44,507 bases of DNA from positions 1 to 44,507 of the IMG/VR virus record IMGVR_UViG_3300033407_000036; one strand, given 5' to 3'. The DNA comes from a virus. Its lineage: Duplodnaviria > Caudoviricetes. The position numbers and the translations under genes are program-made. Below the pieces are notes generated by a model. It was not told the origin of the DNA. It did not search any database and saw only the letters and a program-made list of their open reading frames with translations. Numbering within the stretch: the stretch's first letter is position 1; every line of letters starts with the position of its first letter. Positions 1-8,051 of the stretch are shown here, one piece after another.

Positions 1-195
1 TCTTCGAGGCGCGCAAAGCGGATATCGTCCTCGGCTGCGGTGCGGTTGTCTGACTCGTGGTCCTCTACAAGGGAGAACTCCTCCTTGGCGTCCTTGAGGA
101 TATCGTCAGAGGTCGCCATCACCACCGCTCAGCGTATACTTTGACGCCAGTGTGCGGGTCGTGGAAGACAAGCACCCGCTCGGCCTCGCTCGCAT
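1..195. repeat. Terminal direct repeat, left copy (circular overlap with 44313..44507)
   Basis: 1..195 is identical to 44313..44507 except C128 vs A44440. The portal gene start and the 119..355 gene continue across the junction. Confidence 0.97.
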
Positions 196-355
196 GCGTG
201 GGTATCAGCCAGTCAAGGAACGCACGGTAACCGTCGCTGAGGACGCGCTCGTCCGGCGTCAGCGCGTGCTGACACTCAGGGCAAGGCATGATGCCTCCCT
301 TCCCGTCCGGAACGTCAGTCGCTCCTGAACAGATCGGGCAGGCTTTGTCGGTCAA
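119..355 (-). CDS. Small hypothetical protein with two CxxC motifs, between terL and portal
   Basis: TTG start directly after the terL stop; CPIC...CPEC; its TGA overlaps the portal ATG. Confidence 0.65.
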   Translation of the reverse strand: MTDKACPICSGATDVPDGKGGIMPCPECQHALTPDERVLSDGYRAFLDWLIPTHASEAERVLVFHDPHTGVKVYAERW

Positions 356-1150
356 TTACGTCATCCAGCTCTGTGGCCCGGCGTAGGCATTGCCTACAGC
401 CCGAGGCTTCGGCTCTGTCTCGGCAAACCGCTTCATCATCAGCCCGTACCGTGAAGCCGAGAGCAGATCGTCCCGCTCCTTCACGATCCGGCCGTCTTTC
501 CGATGGTAAAGGCGGAATTCCTGGAGCCAGTCCATCAGGTGGCGGAACACCTTCCACCGGCCCGTCTGCATCCGGTCCAGCATGTCCGCAACGCCAGCCT
601 CGACGCCGAAGCCGCCATCGTCGAAGGTTGCCCTTTCCTGGAGCATATTCAGCCCCTGGGCGCGGTATTGGTCGGCCAAGGCTTCACCGCTGCCCTTGTC
701 GTGCTGCAGGCCGTCATGGGGCCATGCGCACGGTATCCAGCCGCCCCAGGGACGAATGGCAGCGGCATGGATGACGGGGGTCGCCTCCCGCTGCCGGTAG
801 GTCTTGGTGACGTAGACGATATCCGCGTCCCTATCCCATGCGAGGTGGGCAGCGGCGAAGGGGTGATCCCAGCCGAAGTCGGTGCCGATGATCTGAGCCC
901 AGTAGGACGGGATGGGGACGGGGTCGATGAGGATGGTTTCCTCGGTGATCGGGAATATCCGGCCCGAACCGAGGGATGGAATGCCCTTGAGGCGCGCTTC
1001 CCGCTCGTGAGCGGGGTAGCTGTCGATAAGCCTCTGCTTGTCGGCTGGTGAGAAGTGCGGGGCGTCGTCGATCGTCGCTTGAATGACGATGCGGTCTTTA
1101 TGCTGCGGCTGAAGCGTCGTCGGGTTCGAGGAATCGGTGAACGACATCAC
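356..1150 (-). CDS. terL: Terminase large subunit, C-terminal part (end of ATPase domain plus RNase H-like nuclease)
   Basis: SYPAHEREARLKGIPSLGSGRIF, GTDFGWDHPFAA, WPHDG and DDLLSASRY motifs are typical of P22 gp2-like TerL. Confidence 0.9.
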   Translation of the reverse strand: MMSFTDSSNPTTLQPQHKDRIVIQATIDDAPHFSPADKQRLIDSYPAHEREARLKGIPSLGSGRIFPITEETILIDPVPIPSYWAQIIGTDFGWDHPFAAAHLAWDRDADIVYVTKTYRQREATPVIHAAAIRPWGGWIPCAWPHDGLQHDKGSGEALADQYRAQGLNMLQERATFDDGGFGVEAGVADMLDRMQTGRWKVFRHLMDWLQEFRLYHRKDGRIVKERDDLLSASRYGLMMKRFAETEPKPRAVGNAYAGPQSWMT

Positions 1151-1823
1151 TCATCCCGAGTAGCGGGGTGAACGTCATGTAGACGATGCCGCCGGTTTCG
1201 TTGGTGCGGGTCAGGCCTTCGATGTAGATATCCATCGGCGGTTCTTCATCGAGCCACAGGACTTCCAGCCCCGCGCCCTGCCACTTCTCGCGGCCACGCT
1301 CGTAGGACTTGAACCCGAGGGTAGAGAAGCCGCCGGTCCGGTGCCTGATCGAAACGGTATCGCAAGCGTCAGCGACGCCCCTGGCTGTTGCTACGTCGCC
1401 AATCGTTGCGCCCGGGATGTAGCCAGTGCCCCACTCCTCCCGCCGTGATGGCGGCCCCAGGAGCTTCGCTTGAACCACGTCCCGGGTAGTGTCGTTGGTG
1501 ACGCCGGCGGCCCACGCCCGGACAGGAGCGCCGAAGCGCTTGCCCAGCCACCAGTCCGGGTACTGTCCGGTAAGATGGACCGCCATCTCCGCTGCGCCGC
1601 ACTCGGTCTTCCCGAAGCGGTTCGATGCCATGAGAAGCCGCTCTCGGTATTCAGCGCCGGCTGCGTGGAACTCTTCCTGCTTGGGATATGGTCGGTAGGC
1701 CTTGAGGCGGTTAGTGCGCCGTCTCTCCGTCAGGTCGGCCCGGATCATCGCCGCTGCCGCCGCTGCCTGCGATGGCTTCAAGGACTCCCAAGGCTGCCTC
1801 AAGCTGTTCGTCGTCGAAAGCAT
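1098..1823 (-). CDS. terL: Terminase large subunit, N-terminal ATPase part (frameshifted relative to the C-terminal part)
   Basis: PYPKQ Q-motif, Walker A (ASNRFGKT), Walker B (LWLDEE) and motif III (MTFTPLLG). Ends at TAA 1100-1098. Confidence 0.9.
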   Translation of the reverse strand: MLSTTNSLRQPWESLKPSQAAAAAAMIRADLTERRRTNRLKAYRPYPKQEEFHAAGAEYRERLLMASNRFGKTECGAAEMAVHLTGQYPDWWLGKRFGAPVRAWAAGVTNDTTRDVVQAKLLGPPSRREEWGTGYIPGATIGDVATARGVADACDTVSIRHRTGGFSTLGFKSYERGREKWQGAGLEVLWLDEEPPMDIYIEGLTRTNETGGIVYMTFTPLLGMSDVVHRFLEPDDASAAA

Positions 1824-2055
1824 CCAGTTGCTTCGTCACATTTGCCGAGAGAGCCACGGACTTGCCCCAACCGCGGTCCAGGATTTCCTTGGCGGCGGCG
1901 ATGGCGACCCGCATGTCATCGTCTTCGAGGCCCGCTGTGAGGATTTCAAGCGCGCGGTCAGTATGCTGGCGGGCCTTGGCTGCGATGCCCTTGGGCCTGC
2001 CGCCGGGGTTTCCAGACTGGCCCTTGACCCACGGGGTGAGGTCTTTGGCGCTCAA
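1711..2055 (-). CDS. terS: Terminase small subunit (DUF5681-like N-terminus)
   Basis: KGQSGNPGGRPKG and EILDRGWGK motifs; lies immediately upstream of and overlaps terL. Confidence 0.8.
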   Translation of the reverse strand: MSAKDLTPWVKGQSGNPGGRPKGIAAKARQHTDRALEILTAGLEDDDMRVAIAAAKEILDRGWGKSVALSANVTKQLDAFDDEQLEAALGVLEAIAGSGGSGDDPGRPDGETAH

Positions 2056-2078
2056 CTGCTCAGCCTACTGTTCTGAGT

Positions 2079-2095
2079 TGGTTGCGGGGGCCGGA
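2079..2095 (-). pseudogene. tRNA-fMet-like 3' end fragment (TCCGGCCCCCGCAACCA)
   Basis: Matches the recalled 3' end of bacterial initiator tRNA. No 5' half or TTC loop is present. Confidence 0.5.
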
Positions 2096-2099
2096 CTAA

Positions 2100-2177
2100 A
2101 TCAGAAGCGCCCAACCACCGGCCGGGCGCAAATCACCTACTGTGAGGATTTATCCGGTTTTCAGGACAGCATGTCAA
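2100..2177 (-). promoter_or_regulatory. Putative late promoter (pR'-like) with a downstream hairpin
   Basis: TTGACA at 2177-2172, GATAAAT at 2154-2148, then a GCGCCC...GGGCGC hairpin, upstream of terS and downstream of the Q-like gene. Confidence 0.5.
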
Positions 2178-2419
2178 GGGCGGTTTAGGTAGGCGTCCCG
2201 GGCAGCTTCGAACTGCTCCCCCACGTCCTGCGCCTCGTACATCGCCTGCCACATCCCGTCGTCTGCTGCCACCGGCGCAATCCAGTGGGTCGCAGGGGAA
2301 GAGAGGAGTTCGGGGAAGGCTACGGTCAGCACACGTTCGGCTTCCTCCTGACTGGCGCTGCCGAAGATCATGGCCATCTCACATGCTGCTTGGTCGATTC
2401 GTTGACTTCTGGTCATCAC
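2174..2419 (-). CDS. Hypothetical protein, 'FPEL-THW-ARDAYLNR' paralog 1
   Basis: Shares motifs with 2416..2676 and 3378..3677; coupled start/stop. Confidence 0.75.
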   Translation of the reverse strand: MMTRSQRIDQAACEMAMIFGSASQEEAERVLTVAFPELLSSPATHWIAPVAADDGMWQAMYEAQDVGEQFEAARDAYLNRP

Positions 2420-2676
2420 TTCTCCTCCCGGTTCAGGTAGGCGTCTCTGGCCTCACGCCACCCCACTGGCGACACTTCGGCCAACGTCTTCATCCGCTCC
2501 GTAGCCTCCACCGGCGCGAGCCAGTGGGTGGGAGGGTCGGTGAAGAGTTCGGGGAAGGCAGCGCGGAGCGCCATAAATGCCTTCGCTCGGTGCCCCTCCG
2601 GGACCGCCGGCCAATCGCGCCTGTCAAGCCCGCTGATCGCCCGCGCCGCCGCCTCTATGCGCTCTTCCAAGGTCAT
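2416..2676 (-). CDS. Hypothetical protein, 'FPEL-THW-ARDAYLNR' paralog 2
   Basis: MTLEERIEAAAR...FPELFTDPPTHWLAP...ARDAYLNREEK; GGAGG RBS upstream. Confidence 0.8.
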   Translation of the reverse strand: MTLEERIEAAARAISGLDRRDWPAVPEGHRAKAFMALRAAFPELFTDPPTHWLAPVEATERMKTLAEVSPVGWREARDAYLNREEK

Positions 2677-2687
2677 GCTTTCGCCTC

Positions 2688-3254
2688 CTACAGCCTGTAG
2701 TGATCCGCCAGCGTATCGAGCCCCAGCCGGAGCGCGGTGAGCGCCGCCGTCTCTGCCCGCCGGTCGTTGGTCGAATAGGCAAACAGCCTCGCCCCGATGC
2801 TCTGGAGCGTGTCCGTCCGATCGGCCGCCCAGCACACCTCGTCCACGATGGGATAGAGCTTGTCTAGGATAGCCTGAGCCTCTACCCAGCGGGCGTGAGC
2901 GTCGGCTCTGGAGGCGGCCATGAACTGGGGCGTCCGACTACCGAAGCGTCGGTCGCTGGGCTCGTAAACGAGCGCGCCGGATGGGATCATTCCCGCCTCG
3001 TAAGCGTCCTTTCTGAACTCGTCGCCAGCGTCGAACTGGCGTTCCGTGATGGAGCCCTTCGCCTTGAGGCGGTCGAGTGGTGCCTGCGTGACGCGCTGAC
3101 GGACGACCGTCGACAGCACACCGTCCCGCTTCTCCGTCTCGACGCGAATGTCCAGTTCGGTTTCCCCCGCCTGCCTGACGCGCTCGGCTGTGGAGACGCC
3201 TACGCCCCTCCGGAGGCGTTCTTCGATGGAGCGCTCCAGGGTTGATGTCTGCAT
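2688..3254 (-). CDS. Putative late-gene regulator (Q-analog, DUF6456-like)
   Basis: PLDRLKAKGSITERQFDAGDEFRKD and C-terminal LRLGLDTLADHY; sits between replication genes and the terminase. Confidence 0.7.
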   Translation of the reverse strand: MQTSTLERSIEERLRRGVGVSTAERVRQAGETELDIRVETEKRDGVLSTVVRQRVTQAPLDRLKAKGSITERQFDAGDEFRKDAYEAGMIPSGALVYEPSDRRFGSRTPQFMAASRADAHARWVEAQAILDKLYPIVDEVCWAADRTDTLQSIGARLFAYSTNDRRAETAALTALRLGLDTLADHYRL

Positions 3255-3285
3255 GTGTGGTCCCTTCTTTCGGGGCATTAAGGAC

Positions 3286-3378
3286 TCAGGAAAACAGCCA
3301 CATCAAAAGGGCGATGCCGGCGATGAGCATGAAGAACTCCGCCGCATCCCAAAACCCGTCAGACGGCCGCTCGCGCAT
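3286..3378 (-). CDS. Small membrane peptide (30 aa, MRERPSDGFWDAAEFFMLIAGIALLMWLFS)
   Basis: Translated by hand; start overlaps the upstream stop; one hydrophobic helix. Confidence 0.45.
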   Translation of the reverse strand: MRERPSDGFWDAAEFFMLIAGIALLMWLFS

Positions 3379-3677
3379 CACTTCCCCTCCCGGTTCAGGT
3401 AGGCGTCTCTCGCAGCCCGCCATTGCCGCGCCGGAACGCCGTAGACAGCGATGGCGTGCTGCATGGCCCCATCGGCATTCATCGGCGCTATCCAGTGGGT
3501 TGGAGGGCAGCCGAAGAGTTCGGGGAACAGCACCCGAGCGTGTTCGGTTACATGCTTGCGCCAGTAGTCTTGGTGCTGGGAAATCATGTGGTCCCAGTGC
3601 ACGCGCTGCTCGCCCTTGGGGTCATAGGCTCGCCGCGCCGCCGCCTCTATGCGCTCGTCAAGTTCCTCGGGTGTCAT
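3378..3677 (-). CDS. Hypothetical protein, 'FPEL-THW-ARDAYLNR' paralog 3
   Basis: MTPEELDERIEAAARR...FPELFGCPPTHWIAP...ARDAYLNREGK. Confidence 0.8.
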   Translation of the reverse strand: MTPEELDERIEAAARRAYDPKGEQRVHWDHMISQHQDYWRKHVTEHARVLFPELFGCPPTHWIAPMNADGAMQHAIAVYGVPARQWRAARDAYLNREGK

Positions 3678-3853
3678 CACGTCTCCTGCTCTGGAGGAAG
3701 GTGGTCGGTGCGGGCGGCGACTGCCGCGGCACGTTCGGCTCGGGACGGCGCCTCCTTCTTCGCCCCACTCCACTTTTCCTCGAAGGCCCCGATGATGCGG
3801 GTTCCGGACGGCACGTCGTCCCATTCGACCAGCCTGCGGCGCGTCGGCTCCAT
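3677..3853 (-). CDS. Hypothetical protein (58 aa, MEPTRRRLVEWDD...)
   Basis: Translated by hand; TGATG overlaps at both ends. Confidence 0.55.
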   Translation of the reverse strand: MEPTRRRLVEWDDVPSGTRIIGAFEEKWSGAKKEAPSRAERAAAVAARTDHLPPEQET

Positions 3854-4197
3854 CAGTATTCCGTCCCGCGGGTCATGATCCGCTCATGTCGCTCGCGGTC
3901 TCGCCGAAGGCGGTCGGCCTCAGCGTGCAACTCTGCAGCGGACGGTGGGAAGGCGTTGTTGCGGCCGGGGACCTGCCCCCTGGCAAACCTGTTGGCGACT
4001 TCCGCAATCTCCGACACTGCGAGGTCGCTCAACGCAGCAGCGTAGGCTTCCGCTACGTCTTTCGAAGCGTTTCCCTCCCGGAAGGACATCATCAACACCG
4101 CAATGATCTTCGTCGCTTCGACGCGGCGCTGTTCGGCCTCAAGCGTTACCTCGCGTGACGACTTCGGCTGTGAGGTCAAGGTCGTAACGTTGCTCAT
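3853..4197 (-). CDS. Putative replication partner / helicase loader-like protein
   Basis: Directly follows the initiator and has an FPPSAAEL motif typical of proteins in this position. Confidence 0.55.
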   Translation of the reverse strand: MSNVTTLTSQPKSSREVTLEAEQRRVEATKIIAVLMMSFREGNASKDVAEAYAAALSDLAVSEIAEVANRFARGQVPGRNNAFPPSAAELHAEADRLRRDRERHERIMTRGTEY

Positions 4198-4954
4198 TGG
4201 ATGTCTCTGCTTTCGGGTTGTCGGCGCCGTCGAAAATGTCTTTCCATGTCGGTTTGGATTGCTGCCCTCGCCGCGGCGGCCCCGTGCTGGACGGCTTGGC
4301 TGTGCGGCGAAGGAACCCCCGGAACGTCGCTCGCCAGTCGGCCTTGCGCTCGCCCTTGCTCCGAGCCCACAGCCGCATGTCCTCGGCACGGTCGGCGATC
4401 TGTCGGCGGGTCAGGCCGATGCCGGCGCCGTAGTCGAAATCAGCCTCGTCTGGCTGCCAGTCGTCAGGAAGCGAAGTCAGGTGCGTTTTTCGCGCCCGCT
4501 TTGAAGGGTGCGTAGCACCCTCTTTCTTCTTCTCTGGTTCTGGATTCTGGACGGGCGCGCGATGCTTAAGCCCGGCTTCGTCTAAGTTGTTGTTTTCGTT
4601 GCGCCCGGCTTGGTTTTCGGCTCTTTTATTTCCACCTTTCGCGCCGTTTTCAGCGAGTTTTCGCGCGGTTTTCGCGTCGGTTTCGAGCTCGAACTCGGCC
4701 CGAGAATTCGAAATGGTCCCCTCGCCGAGGACGATCTTGCCGGCATGAATCAGGGCTGTGCGGATGGTCGTCCACTTCCGCACCGAGCACCCGCAGACGC
4801 CGGCGATGTAGCGTGGGTCATCGGCTATCGGGCCGCCGTGGTCGTAGATCAGATCGAGGATAAGGCTGTAAGCGCCCTTCTCCTCCAGCGTCAGGCCGAG
4901 GGTTCCTGCGATGAAGTCGGAACCGAAGCGCCGATACCAAGGACGCGCGCTCAC
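4139..4954 (-). CDS. Replication initiator, DUF1376/YdaU family
   Basis: PWYRRFGSDFIAGTLGLTLEEKGAYSLILDLIY N-terminus, a low-complexity linker, and a C-terminal LPDDWQP...KADWRATFRGF domain. Confidence 0.8.
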   Translation of the reverse strand: MSARPWYRRFGSDFIAGTLGLTLEEKGAYSLILDLIYDHGGPIADDPRYIAGVCGCSVRKWTTIRTALIHAGKIVLGEGTISNSRAEFELETDAKTARKLAENGAKGGNKRAENQAGRNENNNLDEAGLKHRAPVQNPEPEKKKEGATHPSKRARKTHLTSLPDDWQPDEADFDYGAGIGLTRRQIADRAEDMRLWARSKGERKADWRATFRGFLRRTAKPSSTGPPRRGQQSKPTWKDIFDGADNPKAETSNEQRYDLDLTAEVVTRGNA

Positions 4955-5436
4955 TGCCGCCACTCCTCAACAGTCCTGTCCCGCTTGGACTGGTTGCAGG
5001 GCCGGCACGCGACCGTGAGATTTTCCAAATCGTCTCGGCCGCCGCGTGACCATGGGTGAACGTGATCCACCTCGAACGGCCCTTCTTGGCTGCCGCAGTA
5101 GGCGCAAACGAAGCCGTCGCGCTCGAATACCTCCTGCCGCAGAGACGGGGCGAGCGGCCTACGTCCCGACCACAATCGCCACCGCTCCAACGCGGGGCTG
5201 GCGATCACGCCATCCTGCTCGACGAAGAATGCCATTACCGCCGGGGCTATGCGTTTCCACTTTTGGGGCGACACGCCTGCAATCCGCGCCAGTCGCCTCG
5301 GGTTGTTCGTGAGGCTGCCGCCGCTGTGCCACATCACCAGGAGCAGGAGCAGGTACGCACCCTGTTCCTCGGTCGTCAGGTGCCCGGTGTCGGCGAGGTA
5401 GTCGGCGACGTAAAGCTGCATGAAGGGGGCGCTCAT
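4951..5436 (-). CDS. DUF1376 N-terminal domain fused to an HNH endonuclease
   Basis: PFMQLYVADYLADTGHLTTEEQGAY followed by VFERDGFVCAYCG...EVDHVHPWSRGG...NLTVACRPCNQSK. Confidence 0.85.
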   Translation of the reverse strand: MSAPFMQLYVADYLADTGHLTTEEQGAYLLLLLVMWHSGGSLTNNPRRLARIAGVSPQKWKRIAPAVMAFFVEQDGVIASPALERWRLWSGRRPLAPSLRQEVFERDGFVCAYCGSQEGPFEVDHVHPWSRGGRDDLENLTVACRPCNQSKRDRTVEEWRQ

Positions 5437-5789
5437 GCCCGCCTCCCCAGCGCCGACCTGGGCGGCAGCGGGTCGCCACAGATGCGGCCGGTAAGGCTGC
5501 GGGTGTCCTCAGGGATCAGCGCTAGCCGGGAAGCGATCTCGTCTGAGGTCAGCCGGGATGGCCCCTCGTCTATGTGCGGCAGGCCGTGGGGAAAATCGGC
5601 CTTGAAAGCAGCCCGCGCCCGCGCCTTTTTCTCACGATCATGTGCCAATCGCTTGGCGCGGTATTCCGTGTTGATGGCGCATTTGAGCGTAGTAATGTTG
5701 CAGCCGAATTGGGCGGCGACATCTTTCTGCTTCATGCCGTCCCGAAGCATCCGTTTTGCCTCTGCGATCTGAGCGTCTGTGAACGCCAT
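5433..5789 (-). CDS. HTH-containing hypothetical protein
   Basis: GMKQKDVAAQFGCNITTLK helix-turn-helix; C-terminal DTRSLTGRICGDPLPPRSAL. Confidence 0.7.
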   Translation of the reverse strand: MAFTDAQIAEAKRMLRDGMKQKDVAAQFGCNITTLKCAINTEYRAKRLAHDREKKARARAAFKADFPHGLPHIDEGPSRLTSDEIASRLALIPEDTRSLTGRICGDPLPPRSALGRRA

Positions 5790-6275
5790 TTAGGCAGCCC
5801 TCCTTGCCGGCGGGTAATACGCAAGCCGGTAATGGGCAGCGCAGTACGACTCGCCCTCCAGTGGCGCCCGGCCGCAGACGACAAGCTCGGCAATGTTCCC
5901 GGGCTTTCTGTCGTCAGGCCACATCGGGAAGGCGCAGACATGGGGCGTGCCGAATGGTGCCTGACCATTGGTCGGCAGGCCCATCTCGGCTACCATGCGG
6001 CGGCGCTGTTCTTTCGCCCGGGCAACGGCTTGCGCTTGGCTCTCCGTCTGCCGAGCGCGCTTGACGATGCTGTAGTTGTGGCCAGTGCCGGACCGCTTTG
6101 CCTTCCCTGCCGACGTCTGCGAGAGACACAGCGGGACCGGAACACCGAGGCGAATGAGCTTGCCGCTAACCGCATGTCGCGTGGTGCCAAGTTCGGACGC
6201 GATCTGCGAACAGGACCACCCCGCGCCCCGAAGCCGCTCCATTGTCGCGGTTACGTCGTCGGTCCAGAAACTCAT
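5790..6275 (-). CDS. gcrA: GcrA-family cell-cycle regulator
   Basis: WTDD...GWSCSQIASELGTTRHAVSGKLIRLG N-domain and a C-terminal C-x-FP...CG...SYCAAHYRLAY domain. Confidence 0.88.
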   Translation of the reverse strand: MSFWTDDVTATMERLRGAGWSCSQIASELGTTRHAVSGKLIRLGVPVPLCLSQTSAGKAKRSGTGHNYSIVKRARQTESQAQAVARAKEQRRRMVAEMGLPTNGQAPFGTPHVCAFPMWPDDRKPGNIAELVVCGRAPLEGESYCAAHYRLAYYPPARRAA

Positions 6276-6484
6276 GCCGCGACTCCCTGCACCTTGGAGC
6301 CAGCCGGAGGCAGCCCGTTGACGAGGTTGGAACGAACGCCACAGGCAGGCCCACGAAAGGCCCGGCTACCATCGGGACTGTCGGTCCAGACCTCGACCAG
6401 ATAGCCCCGCTTGAGCCAGTAGCGGCGGACGCGCTCGGCAAGCAGGGCGGCACCCTTCTCGGTGAAGTAGTCGATGTCGGCCAT
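6272..6484 (-). CDS. Conserved phage hypothetical protein
   Basis: GAALLAERVRRYW...VRSNLVNGLPP; coupled to both neighbours. Confidence 0.75.
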   Translation of the reverse strand: MADIDYFTEKGAALLAERVRRYWLKRGYLVEVWTDSPDGSRAFRGPACGVRSNLVNGLPPAGSKVQGVAA

Positions 6485-7182
6485 TATGCGGCTCCCTCGA
6501 ATATATCGGGCTGGTGAAGCTTGGGAGCGGGAGGCTCGATGAAGAGGTCTTGTTGGTGGGACGCCTCCTCGATTCTGCGCACCATTACGTCGAAGTACGC
6601 AGGCTCACGCTCTATCCCGATGAAGGCCTTGCCCAGTTGGACGGCAGCGACTCCGGTTGTCCCGCTGCCCGCGAATGGATCGAGGATGGTGCCGACCTCG
6701 GCGGGCAGGTGCTCGATGCACCAGCGCATGACGCCTAGCGGCTTCTGAGTGGGATGGTGGCGCTCTTCGTGGCCGCGCCGGATCATCCCGTTCCAACGCC
6801 AGTAGATGCGCCTGACAGCCTTGTTGAGGTTGGTCCATGCCAGTTCACAGTCGGCGAAGTCGCCGGTGTTCTGCTTGTCCCAGACCAGCCAGCACCCCGT
6901 CGGGGGGAGGTCGAAGTAGTTGCCGCCAAAGATGATCTGCCAGCGACTGCAGGCGCGGATCATGCTAATCTGTTCGTCTGACGCGGGCTTCTCGTCCCAG
7001 TCAAACTCACCGTAATCTCGCGGCTTGGCGAGATTGCCCCGGCTCAACGCCCTTTGGTTACTCTCGCCAAGCCCATAAGGCGGGTCCGTCACCACGGCAT
7101 CCACCTTCCCAAGCGAAGGCAAAATCTCCCTGCAGTCTCCCAACGCCAGTCGCGCGTTGCCGATGGTCACCCACTCAACCAC
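6484..7182 (-). CDS. DNA N6-adenine/N4-cytosine methyltransferase (beta class)
   Basis: VVTDPPYG (motif IV), HPTQKP and ILDPFAGSGTT (motif I). Confidence 0.93.
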   Translation of the reverse strand: MVEWVTIGNARLALGDCREILPSLGKVDAVVTDPPYGLGESNQRALSRGNLAKPRDYGEFDWDEKPASDEQISMIRACSRWQIIFGGNYFDLPPTGCWLVWDKQNTGDFADCELAWTNLNKAVRRIYWRWNGMIRRGHEERHHPTQKPLGVMRWCIEHLPAEVGTILDPFAGSGTTGVAAVQLGKAFIGIEREPAYFDVMVRRIEEASHQQDLFIEPPAPKLHQPDIFEGAA

Positions 7183-7387
7183 TGGGGCGCCCCCGATATT
7201 TGGCCTTATGGATGCGATCCCTTGCTGGCAGGCCTTTCAGAACTGTTTCCAGCTGGCCGGGAGGAACACTGCCATCCGCAAACCAGCGCCATTCGTCGAG
7301 AGTCAAAGGCGGCTCTCGACCGTCCCGGATTTTGATCTCTCGGAGGGCGGCGTGGCCGATGAGATACGAGGCGAGGCCGTCATCCAT
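7175..7387 (-). CDS. Hypothetical protein
   Basis: Overlapping start/stop with neighbours in the operon. Confidence 0.55.
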   Translation of the reverse strand: MDDGLASYLIGHAALREIKIRDGREPPLTLDEWRWFADGSVPPGQLETVLKGLPARDRIHKAKYRGRPSG

Positions 7388-7605
7388 CAGGCGGCTCCCT
7401 CGGACACGGATGCAGCATGGGCTCCACCGTCGCGAAAGCGTTCAGCCTTCGCGCGACAATTGGCGGCGTATGCTAGGAGGCTTTCGCGAGTGATCCCGCG
7501 GTCGGGGTAGAAAGGCCCATCCGCCGCTTGCGCCTCGGCCGACACGGCATCGGACAGGAGGTCTCGCAAGGCCGCGCTGTCGAGGACCGATCGTTCGGGT
7601 CTCAT
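7387..7605 (-). CDS. Hypothetical protein
   Basis: Coupled ORF ending EGAA, like its neighbours. Confidence 0.6.
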   Translation of the reverse strand: MRPERSVLDSAALRDLLSDAVSAEAQAADGPFYPDRGITRESLLAYAANCRAKAERFRDGGAHAASVSEGAA

Positions 7606-8051
7606 GCCGCCTCCGTCAGCCCGAGCGGCATCTGGAGACGGCGGGAGGGCACGTAGCCGTAGTCAGCCGGGAGCACTCCCCAGCCCCGGAGAATGTCGAG
7701 GCACTGATCGAGGCCCTTTCCGACCGCGTAGGTGCCCCCGCCAGTGGCGATCTCAGCCTCGGTGCGTATCTGCTCCTCAGACTGCGTCCCGCCCTTCACC
7801 TTGACTTCCAGGCCGTAGAAATGGCCTCCGAAGAGGAAGGCGAGATCTGGAGCACCGGGCCGAACGCCTGCGGCTTTCAGCTTGGCTGCCGTCCGCTTGG
7901 CCCTGAACTCACCGAAGGGGAGAGCCGACCACCACATGTCCCGGCGCCCGACCATGCGGATGTGGTCCGCGAGGGCGCATTGCAGCCGATGCTCCGGGTT
8001 GTCCCGGGGCTTTCTTCGTCCGCTGGGGATGCGGGGGCCGATGCGGAGCAT
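7602..8051 (-). CDS. VRR-NUC-like PD-(D/E)XK nuclease (putative resolvase)
   Basis: EHRLQ, GVRPGAPDL, GLEVK and QSEEQ motifs. Confidence 0.8.
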   Translation of the reverse strand: MLRIGPRIPSGRRKPRDNPEHRLQCALADHIRMVGRRDMWWSALPFGEFRAKRTAAKLKAAGVRPGAPDLAFLFGGHFYGLEVKVKGGTQSEEQIRTEAEIATGGGTYAVGKGLDQCLDILRGWGVLPADYGYVPSRRLQMPLGLTEAA

